Below, in pieces: positions 1-8,500 of a stretch of DNA of 64,000 nt (its first letter is position 1; every line of letters starts with the position of its first letter). A model generated the notes under the pieces. It worked only from the letters and a program-made list of their open reading frames with translations. It made no database searches and was not told the origin of the DNA. This DNA is from Lysobacterales bacterium. Its GTDB lineage: Bacteria > Pseudomonadota > Gammaproteobacteria > Xanthomonadales > SZUA-5. The position numbers and the translations under genes are program-made. The DNA is taken from the NCBI GenBank assembly GCA_022844165.1, contig JALHMH010000003.1, forward strand, positions 1-64,000. The letters run 5' to 3'.

Positions 1-1
1 T

Positions 2-118
2 CAGCAGACCGCGATCGGCGACGACGACGATGTGCTTGACCGCAAAGCGCTTCAGCGCGTGCTTGAGCATCGGCGCCAGCGTGGTGGTCTCGCCGACATT
101 GCCCGGCGCCACCGTGTG
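2..118 (-). pseudogene. IS1634-family DDE transposase fragment, 5' part missing, runs off the window edge
   Basis: Minus strand reads HTVAPGNVGETTTLAPMLKHALKRFAVKHIVVVADRGLL, resembling the IS1634 GN..E..TL.P...RF.....VADRGLL segment. Similarity stops at the duplication at 119-152. Confidence 0.75.
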
Positions 119-152
119 CGAGACGACAGCGCGGACGAGACGACAGCGCGGA
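119..152. repeat. 17-bp perfect tandem duplication abutting the element-end motif
   Basis: CGAGACGACAGCGCGGA at 119-135 and 136-152, running into GGACATCCA at 150-158. Confidence 0.95.
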
Positions 153-330
153 CATCCAGTTTTTTTGATTCTTCATGCGAACCTGTTAGACGTGCAAACG
201 TTTAGACGTCTGGATACAAGATTCAAACCGGGATGATTTTCGGCGCGCGATCAACGCCTCCAGACGCCAGCGGCGCCAGAAATCCCATGTGAGTATCTCA
301 GCCGGTCACAAGGCTCCGGGCATAGCCATG
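150..330 (-). mobile_element. 3'-end fragment of the HUH/RAYT-like element (last codons plus 3' flank)
   Basis: Near-identical to 340-520; begins with GGACATCCA. Confidence 0.9.
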
Positions 331-339
331 CGACAACGC

Positions 340-1631
340 GGACATCCAGTTTTTTTTGATTCTTCATGCGAACCTGTTAGACGTGCAAACGTTTAGACGT
401 CTGGACTAAAGATTTGAACCGGGATGATTTTCGGCGTGCGACCAACGCCTCCAGACGCCAGCGGCGCCAAGAATCCCATGTGAGTCTTTCAGCCGGTCAC
501 GAGGCTCCTGGCGTAGCCGATGCCTTTGAGCCACTTCCGTTTCCACTCTGCGGCTTTGGCCTCGAGTGCTTCAACGCTGGCAACGAAGCGCCAATATCCA
601 GAGCCGACGCCTTTGACATGCGCGGTCCAGTAGTTGGTGTCGAGTCCGAGCTTGCTCAGCGCAGTCGGCTCACGCTCATCGATCTTGCCGCGTTTGCCGG
701 GTCTGAGTTGGCGGCCGGTGTAGTCGACCAGCTCAATGTACTGGCGATTGCTCATCGCCAGTCTGGCGAAGGCTTGGTCTTTCAACATATCTAATCCAAG
801 CCGAACGCCGGCAATGGGTTGGATCGGCTCGTCCGCTTTGCTGGGATCTTTGCGCAGATCCTCGGCGCGCACCTGCACGCTGGTGTGATCGCTGCTCTCG
901 ATACTGTCGGCGATCCCGGCTCGCACGGGATTGAGATCGACGTAGGTCATCGCAGCGGCAAGTGCGGCTTCGTCGTCCAGGAGCTGGCACTTGAACCGCC
1001 CTTCCCAGAAGCGCCCTTTCACGTCATCTTCGGCATTCGCTTTGCGCGCGACGTACTCGTCGAGACAGCGCATGAACCAGGACAGATCCGCGAGCCGATC
1101 GCGGCGAGCCTCAAGTGCGGCTTTGTCCGCGCACAGCGCTGCGATTTTCACCGCGTTCTGCTCGGCCTCGCGCGCCGGGAACAACTGCACCCAGCGACTG
1201 GCAACTTCCTCGTCAGACCATTCGCGCGCGGCGGTCGGTTCAATCGACAGCACCACGTGCAAGTGGTTGCTCATCACGGCATAGCTGTAAACATCGACCG
1301 CAAAAATCCCAGCCAATTGCAGGATGCGCGAAGCGATCATTGGCTTGCGGTGCTCGTAGTCCACTCCCGTGATCGGATCAATGCCGCACAGCCACGCGCG
1401 CCGCACGCAACGTGCGACGCAGTGATAGAGGCCTTGCTGGCCTTCGGCGACAGTGAGGTGGCGGGCTTGAGTCATGCGGCGATCATTGCGATGACCGCTG
1501 AGCTTGTCTGTAGGGCGTACGCTGAAAGTGGTGTCAGAATTTTCCGACAGCGAATGTGATCGGGGTCATTTCGCCGCTTCGCCAGGTGGCTACGGGATTC
1601 CAATACCCATGGCGGCGAAGAGTGGTTGTCT
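340..1631 (-). mobile_element. HUH/RAYT-like element copy A
   Basis: Bounded by GGACATCCA (340-348) and the variant inverse motif TGGTTGTCT (1623-1631). Flanks are shared with copies B and C. Confidence 0.8.
489..1475 (-). CDS. HUH/Y1 transposase (RAYT / IS200-like), 328 aa
   Basis: YHCVARCVRR, YAVMSNHLHVV (HUH), RFWEGRFK, YVDLNPVRAG (catalytic Tyr). Confidence 0.92.
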   Translation of the reverse strand: MTQARHLTVAEGQQGLYHCVARCVRRAWLCGIDPITGVDYEHRKPMIASRILQLAGIFAVDVYSYAVMSNHLHVVLSIEPTAAREWSDEEVASRWVQLFPAREAEQNAVKIAALCADKAALEARRDRLADLSWFMRCLDEYVARKANAEDDVKGRFWEGRFKCQLLDDEAALAAAMTYVDLNPVRAGIADSIESSDHTSVQVRAEDLRKDPSKADEPIQPIAGVRLGLDMLKDQAFARLAMSNRQYIELVDYTGRQLRPGKRGKIDEREPTALSKLGLDTNYWTAHVKGVGSGYWRFVASVEALEAKAAEWKRKWLKGIGYARSLVTG

Positions 1632-1684
1632 CGGATCTCCACGGATCTCCATGGTCTCGGATCTCCATGGCTGTCTCGGACCTC
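1629..1684. repeat. Stutter repeat (TCT)CGGATCTCCA outside the copy A 5' end
   Basis: Four degenerate copies, including a second motif TGGCTGTCT at 1668-1676. Confidence 0.9.
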
Positions 1685-1685
1685 T

Positions 1686-1866
1686 GCAGCATAACCAGGC
1701 GCGTCGCACGCAACGTGCAATGCAGTAACAAAGGCCTTGCTGGCCCTCGGCGACGGTGAGGTGGCGGGCTTGGGTCATGCGGCGATCATTGTCGCGACGG
1801 CAAGGCGTGTCTGTCAGGCTAACGCCGAAACTTCTGTAGGAATTTTCTGGCGGCTGGTGGATGTCC
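1686..1866 (-). mobile_element. Diverged 5'-end fragment of the HUH element
   Basis: Encodes MTQARHLTVAEGQQGLCYCIARCVRRAWLC from ATG 1778 and ends at TGGATGTCC (1858-1866). Confidence 0.88.
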
Positions 1867-1991
1867 GTGATCTAGGATCTAGTGATCTAGGCACTCTGAA
1901 ACTTCTGTAGGAATTTTCTGGCGGCTGGTGGATGTCCGTGATCTACGCCGTGATCTACATCCGGATCTACGTCCGTGATCTACGTTCGATC
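1827..1991. repeat. 48-bp duplication of the element end plus GTGATCTA stutters
   Basis: 1827-1874 equals 1898-1945. GATCTA occurs seven times after the TGGATGTCC motifs. Confidence 0.92.
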
Positions 1992-2057
1992 CAAGTTACA
2001 CCTCGGCAATCGCAGCGCAGCTTTGGTCTTTCAGATTTCGCGCGAGGCGGCGGAGGA

Positions 2058-2837
2058 TCAGAGCGTCTCTCCACGGTCGTGGTTGTCGTCCGCTCGCAAC
2101 AGATCCAGCACGGCGCGTGCACTGTCCTGATGGAGGAGGGTCACTGCCGAGTGATCGAGGAACGTGGAAGCGTGCTGAGTCAAGGCCGCGCGCGTCGCGG
2201 GATCGGCGGCCAGGGTGTCCAGATCGACGTCATTGAAGTAGTCGGCGCGGGTAGCGCCGCGGCGGGTTTCAGCAACCAAGCCTTCAGCCGTCAATCCGGT
2301 ATCGAACCGCAAGTGGGCCAACAGATTCGCACGGAAAGGCTCAAGGCGTTCGAGCAGGGTGGCGTTCAATCGGGTGAAACTGTCGGTGAAGGTGTCGTAA
2401 TCCCTCAGCGCGTTGCGCAAGCGCTCGTCGCGCAGGATGCCGAGCTGCGCAGCGGACAGCATTTCGACATAGGTGGCTGCGCGTGGCGGAGCCGGATTCA
2501 TGCTGGTGACGTTGTTCAGATCGATCAGCATCGCGAATTTGTCGCGGGGCCAACGGCCCAACTTTTGCCAGCCGTCCAGATCAGCCAACAACTGGTTGGC
2601 TGAAGCGAGGTTTCTCTGCCATTTCATCGCGCTGCGGCTTAATCGCGCATCGATTTTTTCGAAGTCCAGGACAAGGCGGTCAATGACTTCCGCTTCGCGT
2701 TGCTGGGATTTTCGTTCCTCATTCCAGTTCGCCACCTGGATACCCAGGAACACACCCAGCACCAGCAGCACGAACTCGATGCTGATCGCGGTCCAGTTCT
2801 GTTCCTTCAGGTTCTGGGCGATGCGGCGAAGGATCAT
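2058..2837 (-). CDS. Membrane-anchored hypothetical protein, paralog 1 (DUF6090-like)
   Basis: N-terminus MILRR..QNWTAISIEFVLLVLGVFLGIQVANWNE (single TM). ATG overlaps the upstream stop. Confidence 0.8.
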   Translation of the reverse strand: MILRRIAQNLKEQNWTAISIEFVLLVLGVFLGIQVANWNEERKSQQREAEVIDRLVLDFEKIDARLSRSAMKWQRNLASANQLLADLDGWQKLGRWPRDKFAMLIDLNNVTSMNPAPPRAATYVEMLSAAQLGILRDERLRNALRDYDTFTDSFTRLNATLLERLEPFRANLLAHLRFDTGLTAEGLVAETRRGATRADYFNDVDLDTLAADPATRAALTQHASTFLDHSAVTLLHQDSARAVLDLLRADDNHDRGETL

Positions 2838-3619
2838 GGCGTATCCGTTTTCGGAGAACGGCCAAGTGCCGTGTCGATGCTGCGCTTGAGTTCGACGCAA
2901 GTGGCGCGCTGTATCCGGAGGATGTCGACGATTTGATGCGCCGAGTCCATCCAGAAGTTGAGCTCCGCCACCAGTTGCGGGTGGTCTGTGTACTTGCGCA
3001 GCACGCCCAGCGCGACCGCTTCATCCACGGGAGCCGCGCAGTCCCTGTGTTCCACCACCGCAAGGTCAAAGCACTGCGTGGCGATGTGGCGACCAATGCG
3101 ATAGGGCGTCAGCCCGCGCACCAGCCTTCGGTATTCCGGGTTGAACTTCAGGATGTAGTCGGCGCGCGCAAAGGTACCACTCACAAAATACTCGGTGAGT
3201 GCGGTGCGCAAAGCGGTGTCTCGCACCAAGCCGAGTTCGCCCGCCGAGCGCATCTCCTGATAGGTGCTGTCGACCGGCGAGTACGGCAGGATGCGGCTGG
3301 CCTGGGCAAATGACAGCACGGTCTGCCAGGCGGATCCGTCGGCCAGCCTGCCATCCTCCGCCCATCCGAGCGCGGCCTCGCCATAGGCGATGGAGCGACC
3401 GACATAGGCCGAGCGCTTGTCGATGGACGCCAACTCCTGATCGAGATCGTTGGATAGCCGTTCCAGGAAGTCGTGCGCACGCCGGTCTTCCAGTCGAGCC
3501 TCATTCCAGTTCGCCACCTGGATACCCAGGAACACACCCAGGACCAGCAGCACGAACTCGATGCTGATCGCGGTCCAGTTCTGTTCCTTCAGGTTCTGGG
3601 CGAGGCGGCGAAGGATCAT
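2834..3619 (-). CDS. Membrane-anchored hypothetical protein, paralog 2 (DUF6090-like)
   Basis: Same N-terminus; TYQEMRSAGELGLVRD motif. Confidence 0.8.
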   Translation of the reverse strand: MILRRLAQNLKEQNWTAISIEFVLLVLGVFLGIQVANWNEARLEDRRAHDFLERLSNDLDQELASIDKRSAYVGRSIAYGEAALGWAEDGRLADGSAWQTVLSFAQASRILPYSPVDSTYQEMRSAGELGLVRDTALRTALTEYFVSGTFARADYILKFNPEYRRLVRGLTPYRIGRHIATQCFDLAVVEHRDCAAPVDEAVALGVLRKYTDHPQLVAELNFWMDSAHQIVDILRIQRATCVELKRSIDTALGRSPKTDTP

Positions 3620-4404
3620 GGCGAAGCCTCCAGTTCGGCATCGATCAGCGTCACGATCTCGTCGATCATCTCGATCTGTCGCTGGCGCTGCGGCAGGGAA
3701 TTGAACGCGAAGCGCCGCAGCATCCTGACCGCCACCCCGAACTCACGATCGCCGCGCATGGCCGCAAGGTCGTAGACGATCAGCTCCTCGCGGATGCCGG
3801 ACAGCTGCGTGTCGTCCGCGACCGTCCGGCTGGTGACGTGCCGCAGCAGGATGGGAATCTGGCGCACGGCGTTGTCGTTGGTCATCCGCATCAGCTCCAG
3901 CATCACGCCGTGGAAGCGATCGTAGTCCGTGAGGCGGTCGCGAAGCCGGGGGTTGGCGATGCGGCTGAGCTGGCCGTTCGAACGCATTTCCACATAGGTC
4001 GCCGGCAACGGCGGCGGATTCCGGGTCTGCGCCAGCGCATCCAGGGCGCGGGCCATCCCTGCATGGTCGATCGGGGTGTCTTGCGAAGCCGCATCGTCGG
4101 CGAGCACGCGCGTCATCAGCAGCTCGCCGCCATCGATCGAGTCGCGGTAGAACCCGACGTGCTGCTGGGTTCTCTCGCGGATGCCGATCAGGTCGATCCG
4201 CAGCCGCTCGAGATACTGGGCCTGCAGGGCCGTCTGCTGCCTATCCTCGTTCCAGTTCGCCACCTGGATACCGACGAACACGCCGATCACCACGATCGCG
4301 AAGTCGATGCCGATCGCGGTCCAGTTCTGCGTGCGGATGTGTTCGGCCACGCGCAGCAGGCGGGTTGGGCGCGGTGTGATGGCCTCGGCGGTGCGCTCAC
4401 TCAC
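3616..4404 (-). CDS. Membrane-anchored hypothetical protein, paralog 3 (DUF6090-like)
   Basis: QNWTAIGIDFAIVVIGVFVGIQVANWNE; TYVEMRSNGQL. The GTG start at 4404 is inferred. Confidence 0.78.
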   Translation of the reverse strand: MSERTAEAITPRPTRLLRVAEHIRTQNWTAIGIDFAIVVIGVFVGIQVANWNEDRQQTALQAQYLERLRIDLIGIRERTQQHVGFYRDSIDGGELLMTRVLADDAASQDTPIDHAGMARALDALAQTRNPPPLPATYVEMRSNGQLSRIANPRLRDRLTDYDRFHGVMLELMRMTNDNAVRQIPILLRHVTSRTVADDTQLSGIREELIVYDLAAMRGDREFGVAVRMLRRFAFNSLPQRQRQIEMIDEIVTLIDAELEASP

Positions 4405-4506
4405 AAGATAGCCCCCGTTGTCGTCCTTGCGACACAAATACAGCGGGCCGTCGATATCGCCCAGCCACGCGGATCACGTTGCGGCGTTTCATCGCGGCGA
4501 GCTGTT

Positions 4507-4593
4507 TCACTGGGTCAGGCTCGCACCGTCGCCCAGCGCAGGGTCCGCGGTGACGGCCCAGTGCAGGATGTGGGTACCCAGGAGAATGCGCAT
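4507..4593 (-). pseudogene. Truncated VapC/PIN toxin
   Basis: MRILLGTHILHWAVTADPALG then a stop after 28 aa, resembling the PIN N-terminus MRLLLDTH.LLW with D to G. TAATG overlap with the antitoxin. Confidence 0.75.
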
Positions 4594-4826
4594 TACGACG
4601 CGCCGAACTCGGCGGCTATCTCGGCATTGTCGGCGTCGATATCGGCAGGAATGATGTACTTGCCTTTGAGCACACCGAGTTTCACGGCCTGAGTTTCGAT
4701 CGGCACCAGGCGGGCTGCCGGCTTGCCGTTGCGGGCAATAATGGTGTCGCGCTGCGCACCGCTGGCGATGTCTTCAACCAGGCGCGACAAATGGGTTTTA
4801 GCTTCCAGGATGTTGACGGTCCTCAT
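4593..4826 (-). CDS. Phd/YefM family antitoxin
   Basis: MRTVNILEAKTHLSRLVE...IIARNGKPAARLVP. Confidence 0.88.
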   Translation of the reverse strand: MRTVNILEAKTHLSRLVEDIASGAQRDTIIARNGKPAARLVPIETQAVKLGVLKGKYIIPADIDADNAEIAAEFGAS

Positions 4827-5059
4827 GCTTGCGCTCGTGGACTGCATCTTGGTCAGGTCAGGCCAGACTAGCATGGATCGCACGCAGCCTGGCCGTTGCC
4901 TGCACGCAATCGTCTTCTTTACCCGCGCCGGTCTTGAGCGCATCGCGAGCGATAGTCGCCGCTCGCGTCCTTGTGATCGCTGTTCTGTCCACAAACTTGT
5001 GACGCGCGCCTGAGCAGCATGAGCGCGCATTGAAGATGTTTTTCGTGCTGCTGGACGCT

Positions 5060-5130
5060 TCGTCTTTCAACATTCCAAGCCGAACGCCGGGCTGGATCGG
5101 CTCATCCGCTTTGCCGGAATCGTTGTGCAC
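5060..5130 (-). pseudogene. Degenerate internal fragment of the HUH transposase
   Basis: GKADEPIQP--GVRLG--MLKD aligns to copy A (about 776-860) with two 6-bp deletions. Confidence 0.8.
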
Positions 5131-5567
5131 TTGCGACCAGACGCCGCCCTAGAGCTTAAGTAGTTCCTCTGAAGGGATCAACTCCATCATCCAACGCCTT
5201 ACTTAAGCAAACAACTTCCGAACACGAACCGTGCCAATACGGCCGCTTTTTTGCCGTATCAGCTATTTCCATAACCTCCGGGCGTCGAGGATAACCCGCG
5301 TAAGGCGGATTCCCGTGTGGGGTGGAACCCGCACACACTTCATCGTGCGGATTCCACCGCCCCGCGCAGGGCACGATGGACGATGGTGTGTCGGGGCCGG
5401 ATGGTTCGGAGGGGTTCCGGACATCCACTCGTCGTCTCCTCAGCCGATGTCCGCCCATGGCGCATCGTCAGGCGTATTCACGGCGCGCTCCTGAGCGAAC
5501 TCATCGAAGTGTGCCGCGAATCGGTGGGTGCGCCAGGATGCTCTGGACGGGCGGTGCGCCAGTGAAC

Positions 5568-8500
5568 TCACTCGAAGCCGTCCGCGAACACGCCGTCGAC
5601 CACTTCGCCGATCAGTTCCACGCTCGCCTGCTGATCGTAACCGGCGGCCTCGTTGGACAGTCGAATGCGAGCATCTGCCGTTTGCAGGCCCACGCGCGAG
5701 GGATCGCCAGCGAGCCGGTACGCGTAAGTGCAAGACGCGCCGGGCGCCAAGGTGGCGGGACAGGCGCCGACCAGGGTGAACGGTGTGGCCAACGATCGAT
5801 TCACGGTGAGCGTCACATCGCTGGTATTGACGATAGTCACCGAGGCGCTGTTGCTTGCATCGACCGGAATGCGGCCAAGATCGATGCGAGTCGGCGTCAC
5901 TTGCGCCAGTGTGCCGCTGCCCTGCCCGTTCAAGCTGATCATCACCTGGCGCGACTGCGCGCCTTGCGAAACGGTCAGGAAGCTGTTGAGCGCGTAGCGA
6001 ATCGCCGCACGCGGCAGGAAGCTGAAATCGATCAGACAGCTATTGCCTGGCGTGGTCGGGTTTGCGCACGGCGGACCGCGTAACCATGCCACTTCGCTGG
6101 GCGGAAGGTTGCCGCCGCTGACGCTGATGTTGCTGGCCGACAGATTCTGGGTGGCGGTCAGCAAAGTGGCGCTTTTTCCGACTGGGACCAGGCCGAAGTC
6201 GAGCGCGACCGGACGCGTCGAGCTGATTTGCGCGCCTACGGCGCCGACGCCGAGCAAGCCAATATCGAAGCTGTCGCTGAAGTCCGAGAAGAAGGAGTCT
6301 TCGAAGAAATTCAGGCGCGAGCTGCTCGCAAACCGGCCCGCAACGCTTGGCTCGAAGCGGTAGACAAGGCTGCACGATGCGCCCGCTGCGAGCGTGGCGC
6401 CGCAGCTCGATACTGGACCGGCAAAGCCGACACTGCTGGTGAGTGCGCCGCCGCTCAAGCGCAGTAGTGCGGTGGTCGGATTGGCGATGGCGATACTGAC
6501 TGACGTGCTGGTGCCGACGCCCTGCGTGCCGAAATCGATACGCGCCGGCCCCAGATCGACCAGCCGTCCAGTGCCGGTGCCGCGCAGATCGACGTTCGCC
6601 AGCGTGGTCGGCGCGCTACCGATCGTGGCGCTCACGCGCGCCAATCCGGCAAACGTCGCCCCGGCTCCCAGGCGCGGCCGGAAGGTCAGGTTCAAGGTAC
6701 ACGAAGCACCGGCCGCCAGCGGCACGGTGCAGGCGCCATCGTCGACCGAGAACGCGGATGAAAGCAGCGACACTGGATCGCCCAATAGCTCGATCGTTGG
6801 ATCGAACGGCGCGCTCGAATCGTTGCGCACCAGCACCGGCAAAGTCACCGCTCGACCAACGCGCACCGCACCGAAGTCGATGCGCGTGGGCGTCACGGTG
6901 AAACGCTGCGGCGCTTGCGCCTGCGCTGCAGCGACGCTGAGGGTATAGCTGCGGCTGGCGCTGGCGCCTGCGCTGTCGATCGCGCGCACGGTAAAGGTGA
7001 AACTGCCTACCGCTTGCGGCCTGCCGCTCAACACACCACTTTGCGCTTCGAGCGCCAATCCCGGCGGTATCGCGCCGGCGCTGATCGACCAGCCGCTGAC
7101 GATCCCGCTGCCCCCGGTGGTCTCGAAATCGACGCTGTACAACGCTCGCTCGGTGGCGCCTGGGAGCGGTGGGGCGTTGACGATCGCCAACGGCACCGGT
7201 ACTGGCACCACTTTGAGTGTGTACTGGCGGTAAGCAATGTTGGAAGCGCTGTCGTTGACCCGCACAACGAACCCAACATCGCCGACCGATGTGGGTGTGC
7301 CCGACAAAATGCCGCTGGTGGACAGCGAGAGGCCCACCGGCAAGCTGCCGTTGGCGATGCCCCAACCACTGTAGACGCCGCTGCCACCCACGGCTTGGAA
7401 GCCCAGCGAGTAAGCGCTGCCGACCGTCGCCGGCGGCAGCGGCGATGGCGTCGCGATGGCGAGCGCCGGCAGAGCGCCCACCGTGATGGCGTAGCCGCCC
7501 GTGGCCTGCGTACCGTCGCTATCGGTGACACGCACCGTGAAGTTGAACGTGTCGACCACTGTCGGCGTGCCGGACACTGCCCCGCTGGCGGCCAGCGTCA
7601 GTCCCGTGGGCAGGCTGCCGCCTACGATCCTCCAATCGATGTAGGTGCCGGAGCCGCCGATCGCCTGGAACGAGAGCGAGTACGGCGCTTGCAGTGTCGC
7701 TGGCGGGAGCGGCGGCGGCGTCGAAATCTCGAGTGCGCGTGTCACCGTTGCCGGGGAGGAAAACTCCGAGGTGTTGTTTGCTGCGGAGAGCGGTTGCGGC
7801 GGTTGATCGCCGGCCGGCGGCACATCGACCAGCAGCAGATCCGTCGCCGTCGCCACCATCGCCTTGCCGCTGGTGTCGCCACTGCCGCCCACGGTGGCGG
7901 TACAAACGCCGGCCACGCAGCCTGCGCCGATCGCCACGCCTGCGGTGTTGAGGGTGACCGTCTGCTCGCCGAGATGGGTCATACCCGCGCCGTCGGCAGC
8001 CAGCTCGTAGAAGTCGATGCGCAGCGGCCGCGATGGCGAAACTGGCCGCAGCGGCAAGGTCCAACGCAGCGAGGTGCCATTGCCGCCGAAAGTGGGGCCG
8101 GCACCGGCGCCGCATTCGACCGGCATCGGACTGCCGCTGCACAGGATCGGGGCGATCTGATCGAGGTTGGCGTAGTTTTGCGGCAGAGCGTTTGGATTGA
8201 AGCCGTCGGGCGCGTTCGGCACCCGTTCCAGATCGATGCCGATGCCGCTGCCGCCGCGCGCGTTGCCGTAGATCGCGTTGCGTTGAATGACGTTGGCCCA
8301 GCCGGTGGCGGCCGAACCTTGGCGCAGCGCCACGCCATTGCGGCCATTGCCGGCAATGATGTTGATGTCGTTCGGTGCCGGGCCACCGATCTGGCTGCTG
8401 CTGGCTTGAAAAAGGTGCACGCCATCGCCGACATTGCCGAGCCCGATGACGGGCGCCAGACCGGTCGGCGGCGACACGCCGATGAAGTTCCCTTGCACCT

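Noticed and set aside
340-1631. Classical REP/REPIN palindromes around the RAYT-like genes
   Set aside because: I saw no GTAG-footed 20-40 bp hairpin arrays; only the 9-bp motif and stutters are evident.
2058-4404. Diversity-generating retroelement
   Set aside because: No reverse transcriptase and no adenine-specific TR/VR mismatches; the shared part is the 5' end.
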